DNA of 64,000 nucleotides from Escherichia coli (GTDB lineage Bacteria; Pseudomonadota; Gammaproteobacteria; Enterobacterales; Enterobacteriaceae): NCBI RefSeq assembly GCF_003790525.1, contig NZ_CP033635.1; one strand, 5' to 3'. Shown piece by piece: positions 55,833 to 64,000 of this stretch (position 1 is its first letter; each line of letters starts with the position of its first letter). The notes under the pieces were generated by a model. It saw only the letters and a program-made list of their open reading frames with translations, ran no database searches and was not told where the DNA came from. The position numbers and the translations under genes were made by a program.

Positions 55833-56675
55833 TTACTCTGGCACGATCCAGCTTACGGTGGCGTGCCCGGTGCCTGCTGGAACCAGTTTGCTGTGCAGCC
55901 ACGGCAGCACGTTATTCATCTGCTGTTCCAGCTTCCACGGCGGGTTAATCACAATCATGCCGGAAGCGGTCATGCCACGGCGATCGCTGTCTGGCAGCAC
56001 CGCCAGTTCAATTTGCAGAATTTTGCGAATGCCGGTCGCTTCCAGGTCGTGGATCATGCGCTTAATTTGCTGGCGCAGCACCACTGGATACCACAATGCG
56101 TAAGTGCCAGTGGCGAAACGTTTGTAACCTTCTGCTATCCCGCTGACCACCGCCTGATAGTCGGTTTTCATTTCATACGGCGGGTCGATAAGGATTAAAC
56201 CACGGCGGGAAACCGGCGGCAGTTTGGCCTTAAGCTGCTGGAAACCATCGGCTTTTTCGACGCGCGCACGGCTGTCTTTCTGAAATTCAGAACGCAGCAA
56301 CGGGTAATCGCTCGGGTGCAGTTCGGTCAGTTGCAGGCTGTCCTGTTCACGCAGTAGCTGGCGAGCAATCAACGGCGAACCGGGGTAATAACGCAACTGA
56401 CCGCTACGGTTGAAGTGTTTTACCACATTGATGTACGCCTCCAGCTCCGCAGGCAAATCGTCCTGCTGCCAGATACGGGCGATACCTTCGAGATATTCGC
56501 CGGTACGCTCGGCATGTTCGCTGCCTAACTGATAACGCCCGGCCCCTGCGTGGGTGTCGAGATAGAGAAACGGTTTATCTTTCTCTTTCAGCGACTCGAT
56601 GATCAGGCTCTGAACGGTATGTTTAAGGACGTCGGCGTGGTTGCCAGCGTGAAAGCTGTGGCGATAACTGAGCAT
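55833..56675 (-). CDS. rlmJ: 23S rRNA m6A2030 methyltransferase RlmJ (YhiR)
   Basis: 280 aa from ATG at 56675 (MLSYRHSFHAGNHADVLKH...). Confidence 0.9.
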   Translation of the reverse strand: MLSYRHSFHAGNHADVLKHTVQSLIIESLKEKDKPFLYLDTHAGAGRYQLGSEHAERTGEYLEGIARIWQQDDLPAELEAYINVVKHFNRSGQLRYYPGSPLIARQLLREQDSLQLTELHPSDYPLLRSEFQKDSRARVEKADGFQQLKAKLPPVSRRGLILIDPPYEMKTDYQAVVSGIAEGYKRFATGTYALWYPVVLRQQIKRMIHDLEATGIRKILQIELAVLPDSDRRGMTASGMIVINPPWKLEQQMNNVLPWLHSKLVPAGTGHATVSWIVPE

Positions 56676-56877
56676 GGGTAAAGGTGTTCCGGTAAGTAAA
56701 AATCGGCCCGTATTCGGGGCGCACAAAAGCCTATCAGGACAGTATACCGAAAAGAGGCCGCCGCCGCGAAAGCGTAACGTTTCTCATTGAAATTCACTAC
56801 ACTTAACCCCATGCTACACACATTATGTAAAGCGCCTGTTGAGCGCTTCCTTAACCTCTTTAACCAGGACTGCGCTA

Positions 56878-58920
56878 ATGACGAATCCGTTACTGACTCC
56901 CTTTGAATTGCCTCCGTTTTCTAAAATTCTCCCGGAACATGTCGTTCCAGCCGTGACTAAGGCGCTGAACGACTGCCGCGAAAATGTGGAGCGCGTAGTA
57001 GCGCAAGGGGCACCGTACACCTGGGAAAATCTCTGCCAGCCGTTGGCGGAAGTGGACGATGTGCTGGGGCGTATCTTCTCCCCGGTCAGCCACCTGAACT
57101 CGGTGAAAAATAGCCCGGAACTGCGTGAAGCGTACGAACAAACCCTGCCGCTGCTGTCAGAATACAGCACCTGGGTAGGGCAACATGAAGGGCTGTATAA
57201 GGCATATCGCGACCTGCGCGATGGCGATCATTACGCCACGCTGAACACGGCGCAGAAAAAAGCGGTTGATAACGCACTGCGCGACTTCGAACTCTCTGGC
57301 ATCGGTCTGCCGAAAGAGAAACAGCAGCGTTACGGCGAAATTGCTACCCGTCTTTCTGAACTGGGCAACCAGTACAGCAACAACGTCCTCGATGCGACGA
57401 TGGGCTGGACCAAACTCGTTACCGACGAAGCGGAGCTGGCGGGGATGCCAGAAAGCGCGCTGGCTGCGGCAAAAGCCCAGGCCGAAGCGAAAGAGCTGGA
57501 AGGTTATTTGCTGACGCTGGATATCCCAAGCTACTTGCCGGTAATGACCTACTGCGACAACCAGGCTCTGCGTGAAGAGATGTATCGTGCTTACAGCACC
57601 CGCGCTTCCGATCAAGGCCCGAACGCCGGTAAGTGGGACAACAGCAAGGTGATGGAAGAGATCCTCGCGCTGCGTCACGAACTGGCGCAACTGCTGGGCT
57701 TTGAAAACTATGCCTTTAAATCCCTTGCTACTAAAATGGCAGAAAACCCGCAGCAGGTGCTGGATTTCTTAACCGATCTGGCAAAACGCGCGCGTCCACA
57801 AGGCGAAAAAGAGCTGGCGCAACTGCGTGCCTTCGCCAAAGCCGAATTTGGCGTCGATGAGTTGCAGCCGTGGGATATCGCTTACTACAGCGAAAAACAG
57901 AAACAGCACCTCTACAGCATCAGCGATGAACAACTGCGTCCGTACTTCCCGGAAAACAAAGCGGTTAACGGCCTGTTTGAAGTGGTGAAACGTATTTACG
58001 GCATCACCGCTAAAGAGCGTAAAGATGTTGATGTCTGGCATCCGGATGTACGTTTCTTCGAACTGTATGACGAGAACAACGAACTGCGCGGCAGCTTCTA
58101 CCTCGACCTGTATGCCCGTGAAAACAAACGCGGCGGGGCGTGGATGGATGACTGCGTAGGCCAGATGCGTAAAGCCGACGGTTCGCTGCAAAAACCGGTC
58201 GCGTATCTGACCTGCAACTTCAACCGCCCGGTAAATGGTAAACCGGCGCTGTTTACCCATGACGAAGTGATCACCCTGTTCCACGAGTTCGGTCACGGCC
58301 TGCATCATATGCTGACCCGCATTGAAACCGCTGGAGTGTCTGGTATCAGCGGGGTGCCGTGGGATGCGGTCGAACTGCCGAGCCAGTTTATGGAAAACTG
58401 GTGCTGGGAGCCGGAGGCGCTGGCGTTTATCTCCGGTCACTATGAAACCGGCGAACCGCTGCCGAAAGAGTTGCTGGATAAAATGCTGGCGGCGAAGAAC
58501 TACCAGGCGGCGCTGTTTATTCTGCGCCAGCTGGAGTTCGGTCTGTTCGATTTCCGCCTCCATGCCGAGTTCCGCCCGGATCAGGGAGCGAAAATCCTCG
58601 AAACTCTGGCAGAAATCAAGAAACTGGTTGCCGTAGTACCGTCTCCATCCTGGGGCCGTTTCCCGCACGCTTTCAGCCATATTTTCGCCGGTGGTTATGC
58701 CGCAGGTTACTACAGCTACCTGTGGGCCGACGTGCTGGCGGCAGATGCCTTCTCGCGCTTTGAGGAAGAGGGCATTTTCAACCGTGAAACCGGACAGTCG
58801 TTCCTCGACAACATTCTGAGCCGTGGCGGTTCAGAAGAGCCGATGGATCTGTTCAAACGCTTCCGTGGTCGTGAACCGCAGCTGGATGCGATGCTGGAGC
58901 ATTACGGCATTAAGGGCTGA
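56878..58920 (+). CDS. prlC: Oligopeptidase A (PrlC/OpdA), M3 metallopeptidase
   Basis: 680 aa from ATG at 56878 ([17 protein letters not shown]...), HEFGH zinc motif. Confidence 0.95.
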   Translation: MTNPLLTPFELPPFSKILPEHVVPAVTKALNDCRENVERVVAQGAPYTWENLCQPLAEVDDVLGRIFSPVSHLNSVKNSPELREAYEQTLPLLSEYSTWVGQHEGLYKAYRDLRDGDHYATLNTAQKKAVDNALRDFELSGIGLPKEKQQRYGEIATRLSELGNQYSNNVLDATMGWTKLVTDEAELAGMPESALAAAKAQAEAKELEGYLLTLDIPSYLPVMTYCDNQALREEMYRAYSTRASDQGPNAGKWDNSKVMEEILALRHELAQLLGFENYAFKSLATKMAENPQQVLDFLTDLAKRARPQGEKELAQLRAFAKAEFGVDELQPWDIAYYSEKQKQHLYSISDEQLRPYFPENKAVNGLFEVVKRIYGITAKERKDVDVWHPDVRFFELYDENNELRGSFYLDLYARENKRGGAWMDDCVGQMRKADGSLQKPVAYLTCNFNRPVNGKPALFTHDEVITLFHEFGHGLHHMLTRIETAGVSGISGVPWDAVELPSQFMENWCWEPEALAFISGHYETGEPLPKELLDKMLAAKNYQAALFILRQLEFGLFDFRLHAEFRPDQGAKILETLAEIKKLVAVVPSPSWGRFPHAFSHIFAGGYAAGYYSYLWADVLAADAFSRFEEEGIFNRETGQSFLDNILSRGGSEEPMDLFKRFRGREPQLDAMLEHYGIKG

Positions 58921-58927
58921 TCATTCA

Positions 58928-59680
58928 GTGAAAATCTGCTTAATTGATGAAACAGGCACCGGAGACGGTGCCTTATCTGTTCTGGCGGCCCGCTGGGGGC
59001 TGGAGCACGATGAAGACAACCTGATGGCGCTGGTGTTAACGCCGGAACATCTGGAATTGCGCAAGCGTGATGAGCCGAAACTTGGCGGCATCTTTGTTGA
59101 TTTTGTTGGCGGAGCGATGGCGCACCGACGCAAATTCGGCGGCGGACGTGGGGAGGCAGTGGCGAAAGCGGTGGGCATTAAAGGCGATTATTTGCCGGAT
59201 GTGGTGGATGCCACTGCAGGACTTGGGCGCGATGCCTTTGTGCTGGCTTCAGTCGGCTGCCGCGTGCGGATGCTGGAGCGTAATCCAGTCGTTGCTGCAT
59301 TGCTCGACGACGGCCTGGCGCGTGGTTATGCGGATGCGGAAATCGGCGGCTGGTTGCAGGAGCGTTTGCAGTTAATTCACGCCTCCAGCCTGACGGCGCT
59401 GACTGATATTACTCCGCGCCCGCAGGTGGTCTATCTCGATCCGATGTTCCCGCATAAGCAGAAAAGCGCGCTGGTGAAAAAAGAGATGCGCGTCTTTCAG
59501 TCGCTGGTGGGACCGGATCTTGATGCCGATGGATTACTGGAGCCTGCACGCTTGTTGGCGACCAAACGCGTGGTGGTAAAGCGCCCGGACTACGCGCCAC
59601 CGCTGGCGAATGTCGCCACGCCAAACGCGGTAGTCACCAAAGGGCATCGCTTTGATATTTATGCCGGAACGCCGGTGTAA
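58928..59680 (+). CDS. rsmJ: 16S rRNA m2G1516 methyltransferase RsmJ (YhiQ)
   Basis: 250 aa from GTG at 58928 ([14 protein letters not shown]...), 7 nt after the prlC stop. Confidence 0.85.
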   Translation: MKICLIDETGTGDGALSVLAARWGLEHDEDNLMALVLTPEHLELRKRDEPKLGGIFVDFVGGAMAHRRKFGGGRGEAVAKAVGIKGDYLPDVVDATAGLGRDAFVLASVGCRVRMLERNPVVAALLDDGLARGYADAEIGGWLQERLQLIHASSLTALTDITPRPQVVYLDPMFPHKQKSALVKKEMRVFQSLVGPDLDADGLLEPARLLATKRVVVKRPDYAPPLANVATPNAVVTKGHRFDIYAGTPV

Positions 59681-59728
59681 AAGTAAAGCAGGGTAGCGTT
59701 ATCGCTACCCTGCTTTCTGCAAGAATAA

Positions 59729-61198
59729 TTAATGGCTTTCGGGTGTCGCAATCATGCGTTTCAGCCACGGCACCATCAGCAGCATCACCACCGCAACGCC
59801 CAGCGTAACCAGGCCAATCTTACCAAACACGTTGGTATAGACGGGCAACGTCTCAAGCGGATCGGTAATGTTGTCTGGTACTGCGGTAAATGTTGCCACA
59901 TAGCCGCCCAGCAAGAACGCGGCAGCCTGCGTCAGGAACCACATCCCGAGAATAAAGCCCATCAAATGCTGCGGCACCAGGGCAGCAATCATCGCCAGGC
60001 CCAGGGCGCTAATAAACAGTTCACCCAGGCTCTGGAATAAGTACACCAGCACGATAAACCATGGCGATGTCAGCCCCTGGGCATCCGCAAACCACATTCC
60101 AGCCGCTGCAGCCGTCAAAAAGCCCAGCGAGCACATAAACATTCCGAGAGTAAATTTCATCGGCATCGAGAGGTCTTTGCCTTTGTTACCCAGATGCGTG
60201 TAAATGCCTGCCAGTATTGGGCTGGCGAGTACCACCCAGAACGGGTTAAGCGCCTGGAAGCTGACCGGGTTGATGGAAAAGCCGAGAATTTCATGATGCA
60301 CGTTGTTGATGGCAAAGAAGTTCAGCGACGTTGGCATCTGGGCGTAGAGAATGTAAAACACCACCGCTTCGAGCATCAGGACAAAGGCGACAAACATTTT
60401 ATTGCGCCCAGTTTTATCCAGCTTGAATGCCTGACGAAAGAAAATGATGGTGACGACGATGGAGAGAACAATCAGCACCAGATTGGCGACTTCTACGTTG
60501 TGCATCAGCCATGCACAGACGAAGATCATCACCACGCTGCCAAGTAACACGTACAACAGTTTACTGAAGCTCATCGGGCAGAAGTCGGGTTCAGAACCAA
60601 TATCTTTCACCATTCCGCGACAGGCGATGTAAACCAATAGCGCGATAATTAATCCCGCACCGCACAGGTTGTAGGTGACTGAATAGCCGAATCTATCAGC
60701 GATCACAGGGGCCAGCGATAACGCTATCAACGAGCCGATGTTGATCGACATATAGAACAGGGTAAATGCGCCATCAAGCCGCGGATCTTTCGGCGGATAG
60801 CACTTCGAAAGCAAGCTGGCTGGGTTAGCTTTAAACAGGCCGTTACCGACAGCGATAGTCCCCAGGGCGATGAAAATCAGGTCAGGCTTAAGTAGCGACA
60901 GGCCGGTCATGAAGTAGCCAATCGCCAGCACAAGTGCTCCGAGAACAATGGTGCGTTTGGTCCCCAGCAGGTGGTCGCCGACATAGCCGCCAATGGAAAT
61001 GAGGCCATAGACCAGCGCAGCAAAAGCACCAAAAGTGACAAAAGCCTGTTCTTGCGAGAATCCAAGCTGCTTAACGAAGAAAACAGCCAGTACGCCCTGC
61101 ACGCCGTAGTAGCCGAATCGCTCCCATAACTCGACAAAAAAGATCATGAAAAATGGGCGAGGTTGCTGCAGCATCCCCATGGGTGTTGTTGTATTCAT
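59729..61198 (-). CDS. dtpB: Di-/tripeptide:proton symporter DtpB (YhiP)
   Basis: 489 aa POT-family multi-TM ORF. Confidence 0.9.
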   Translation of the reverse strand: MNTTTPMGMLQQPRPFFMIFFVELWERFGYYGVQGVLAVFFVKQLGFSQEQAFVTFGAFAALVYGLISIGGYVGDHLLGTKRTIVLGALVLAIGYFMTGLSLLKPDLIFIALGTIAVGNGLFKANPASLLSKCYPPKDPRLDGAFTLFYMSINIGSLIALSLAPVIADRFGYSVTYNLCGAGLIIALLVYIACRGMVKDIGSEPDFCPMSFSKLLYVLLGSVVMIFVCAWLMHNVEVANLVLIVLSIVVTIIFFRQAFKLDKTGRNKMFVAFVLMLEAVVFYILYAQMPTSLNFFAINNVHHEILGFSINPVSFQALNPFWVVLASPILAGIYTHLGNKGKDLSMPMKFTLGMFMCSLGFLTAAAAGMWFADAQGLTSPWFIVLVYLFQSLGELFISALGLAMIAALVPQHLMGFILGMWFLTQAAAFLLGGYVATFTAVPDNITDPLETLPVYTNVFGKIGLVTLGVAVVMLLMVPWLKRMIATPESH

Positions 61199-61457
61199 AT
61201 TTATTAACCTTCCAATACCATCCTGAAAAGTATGAACGCGTAAGGGATAACGCGCGAAAAAGTTTACATCTGTCAGAGATTCTTAATATTGATGCTGTGA
61301 ATAGATTAATACACTATTACAACAGAAAATAACCAGCTGATCACACTAATGATGGAAAGTATGATGGTGTTAAATGTTGTATTGGCAGGGGATTTTGATT
61401 GCGTACGCAGACCGTAGGCCAGATAAGGTGTTTACGCTGCAAGGTAACAAGGCGCGC

Positions 61458-61489
61458 CAAAAAGCAAAACGCCCGCATATGCGGGCGTT
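61458..61489 (-). terminator. Intrinsic terminator of uspA (aacgcccgca / gcgggcgtt then a U-rich tract on the minus strand)
   Basis: Hairpin read from the sequence immediately downstream of the uspA stop. Confidence 0.65.
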
Positions 61490-61513
61490 CAGGAACACGT
61501 CGTAGAGGGAAGA

Positions 61514-61948
61514 TTATTCTTCTTCGTCGCGTAGCGGAACAATCAGCATATCAACGTGAACGGTGTTGATCAGCTGACGTGCGGAAGACATCAGTTTGCT
61601 CCAGAAGTCCTGGTGGTGACCACAAACCACCAGATCCATATCGTATTTCTTGATTGCATCGACCAGAACCTGGCCCAGATCGCCGCTGCCGCTCAGGGTT
61701 TCAGTGATTGGGTAGCCTGCATTAGTGGAAAGCTCGGTCAGCGCATGATGTGTCTCTTCAGAGATGCGTTTCTGCATATCACCCAGATTCACATCAATAA
61801 GCCCGGTGTATAGGTCAGAGTAGTTTACATCTACGTGGATCAGAGAAACTTTCGCATTGTAGGGGCGAGCCATAGAGACTGCTTTCTCTACCAGAACTTT
61901 GCTTTCCGGGGAGAGGTCGACCGCGATGAGAATGTGTTTATAAGCCAT
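61514..61948 (-). CDS. uspA: Universal stress protein A
   Basis: 144 aa ORF ([40 protein letters not shown]...). Confidence 0.95.
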
Positions 61949-62337
61949 AGTGTTACTCCTTCCATAAAGTTGTCGATGACTGGCCAGCTAGCGTTTCTTG
62001 TGCCGTTACGTCACCCGCGTCCTGCGAACTACGTGCGCGGGGCTAACCCAGCCGTAAAGATTCAGTGTTAAGACCATCCTTACCTTATAGCGACCCGGAT
62101 GATCCGTCAATCCGCCTTGCTTACTCGTTAGATAAACAAATTTTCGACATGAATATATTGATAGTGGTTAACCTTCTGGAAAAAAAACAACCTGATCTCC
62201 TACACTATCTATAGGCCGCTCGGATGTTGGTCACCACAAAAGCGGTTTCTCCAGGACCTGGTGTTAACTGATTGGCAGCGTATCGGGAGCGGTAGCCCCG
62301 GGGTGGAACTCCGCGGGCAGGTCGCCGGGGAGGAGGT

Positions 62338-62673
62338 ATGATAAGCACCGTCGCATTATTTTGGGCTTTATGTGTCGTTTGCATTGTTAACATGGCGCGC
62401 TATTTCTCATCACTACGCGCGTTGTTAGTGGTACTGCGTAACTGCGATCCATTGCTCTATCAATATGTTGATGGAGGGGGCTTTTTTACCTCACATGGCC
62501 AACCCAACAAACAGGTGCGTCTCGTTTGGTATATCTATGCCCAACGTTATCGCGATCATCACGATGATGAGTTTATTCGCCGCTGTGAGCGGGTGCGTCG
62601 GCAGTTTATTCTGACCAGCGCATTGTGTGGTCTGGTGGTGGTCAGCCTGATTGCATTGATGATTTGGCATTAA
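62338..62673 (+). CDS. uspB: Universal stress protein B (small membrane protein)
   Basis: 111 aa ORF with two TM segments, divergent from uspA. Confidence 0.9.
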
Positions 62674-62702
62674 GCACTTCAGCAATAATGACGCATAAAA
62701 AA

Positions 62703-62733
62703 AGCGGGCCAGTAAACTGACCCGCTCGTTTTG
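62703..62733. terminator. Hairpin (agcgggcc / gacccgct) with flanking A and T runs, between convergent uspB and pitA
   Basis: Read from the sequence. Confidence 0.55.
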
Positions 62734-62743
62734 GTGCGTACGA

Positions 62744-64000
62744 TTACAGGAACTGCAAGGAGAGCCAGTACAGCCCGCCGGAAAGCAGTACCGCAGCCGG
62801 AAGGGTAAATACCCAGGCCATCAGAATACTGGTTACGGTTTTACGCTGTAAGCCGCCGCCATCTACCACCATCGTCCCCGCGACAGAAGAGGAGAGTACG
62901 TGGGTAGTGGAAACCGGCATCCCGGTATAACTCGCCAGGCCGATAGACACTGCCGCCGTCATCTGGGCAGACATCCCCTGAGCGTAGGTCATGCCTTTCT
63001 TACCGATTTTCTCACCGATAGTCGTTGCCACACGACGCCAGCCAATCATCGTACCGATACCTAACGCCAGCGCGACCGCCATGATGATCCACACCGGCGC
63101 ATACTCGATGGTGCTAAGCATGTCGGACTTCAGTTTCTTCAACAGACGCTGATCGTCAGCACTCACACCAGGCATCTTCACCACTTTATCGATAGTGTCA
63201 GAAACGCACAGCATAATGCGGCGCATCTGGCTACGTTGATCAAGCGACAGCTTATCGTAGCTTTCCACATCGGTAGTCAACATGCCTTTCAGGCGGTTGA
63301 GCGCGTTAATGGTATTCGACGGATGGCAATGGAACTCCGCAGGTTGCGTTGCGCCAGCTTCCGGAGCCGGTACTAACTGATCAGCACTGGTAGCCTGTTT
63401 CAGCAGCGCAGGGTGCTGCTCAAAGTAAGCTTCCACGTTGTTGATGGCATCACGGGTACGGGTGATTTCGTAGCCCGTGGCATTCATGTTCACCACGAAG
63501 CCTGCTGGTGCGACGCCAATCAATACCAACATAACCAGACCAATACCTTTCTGACCATCGTTCGCGCCGTGCGAAAACGCCACGCCGATAGCGGAAAGGA
63601 TCAGCGCAATACGCGTCCAGAACGGCGGCTTTTTCTTGCCGTCTTTCTTTTCACGCTCCGCTGGGGTCAGGTGGATACGGGCGCGTTTCTTGGTGCCGCT
63701 CCAGTAGCGACGCAGCAAGAAAATCAGACCGCCAGCAAACACCAGGCCGACAATAGGGGAAACGATCAGAGAACCGAAAATACTTAATACTTTCGGGATA
63801 TTGAGTGCATCCACCACTGACGTCCCGGTCATCAACGCATTGGTTAAACCAATCCCGATGATCGCGCCAATCAGCGTATGAGAGCTGGATGCAGGTAAAC
63901 CAAAGTACCAGGTACCCAGGTTCCAGATAATCGCCGCCAGCAACATAGAGAACACCATGGCAAGGCCATGAGACGATCCCATATTAAGCAGCAGATCCGT
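62744..64000 (-). CDS. pitA: Low-affinity inorganic phosphate transporter PitA, 3' portion (5' end beyond window)
   Basis: ORF open to the window end; PiT-family multi-TM protein. Confidence 0.9.
   Translation of the reverse strand, partial: TDLLLNMGSSHGLAMVFSMLLAAIIWNLGTWYFGLPASSSHTLIGAIIGIGLTNALMTGTSVVDALNIPKVLSIFGSLIVSPIVGLVFAGGLIFLLRRYWSGTKKRARIHLTPAEREKKDGKKKPPFWTRIALILSAIGVAFSHGANDGQKGIGLVMLVLIGVAPAGFVVNMNATGYEITRTRDAINNVEAYFEQHPALLKQATSADQLVPAPEAGATQPAEFHCHPSNTINALNRLKGMLTTDVESYDKLSLDQRSQMRRIMLCVSDTIDKVVKMPGVSADDQRLLKKLKSDMLSTIEYAPVWIIMAVALALGIGTMIGWRRVATTIGEKIGKKGMTYAQGMSAQMTAAVSIGLASYTGMPVSTTHVLSSSVAGTMVVDGGGLQRKTVTSILMAWVFTLPAAVLLSGGLYWLSLQFL

Noticed and set aside
54724..56103. 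459-aa plus-strand ORF spanning gor and rlmJ
   Set aside because: Antisense to gor and rlmJ; Arg/His-rich nonsense-like translation; crosses a gene boundary.
57769..58680. 303-aa minus-strand ORF inside prlC
   Set aside because: Antisense shadow ORF in a high-GC gene.

Overview
This window reads as an Escherichia coli chromosomal segment from the ~78 min region, in the opposite orientation to the K-12 map, running from the 3' part of bcsC to the 3' part of pitA. All identifications are from reading the ORF translations and sequence by eye and from memory of E. coli gene families; no searches or computations were run, and ncRNA and site coordinates are approximate. Most of the window is well-described core and island content: c-di-GMP phosphodiesterases (pdeK, pdeH), dctA, kdgK, the yhj genes, treF, ccp, the acid fitness island (gadA, gadX, gadY, gadW, mdtEF, gadE, hdeD, hdeAB, yhiD, dctR, slp), the chu haem-uptake locus between yhiD and dctR, arsRBC, the dinQ/agr repeat locus, gor, rlmJ, prlC, rsmJ, dtpB, uspA and uspB. 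Two parts are not in the K-12 arrangement as I recall it and are the best candidates for something undescribed. The first is a ~4 kb AT-richer insert between yhjJ and kdgK carrying three ORFs I cannot assign to any family. The second is an ArsR-family regulator with a divergent, frameshifted ArsP-like permease beside arsRBC. No CRISPR array, tRNA, rRNA or transposase was seen.
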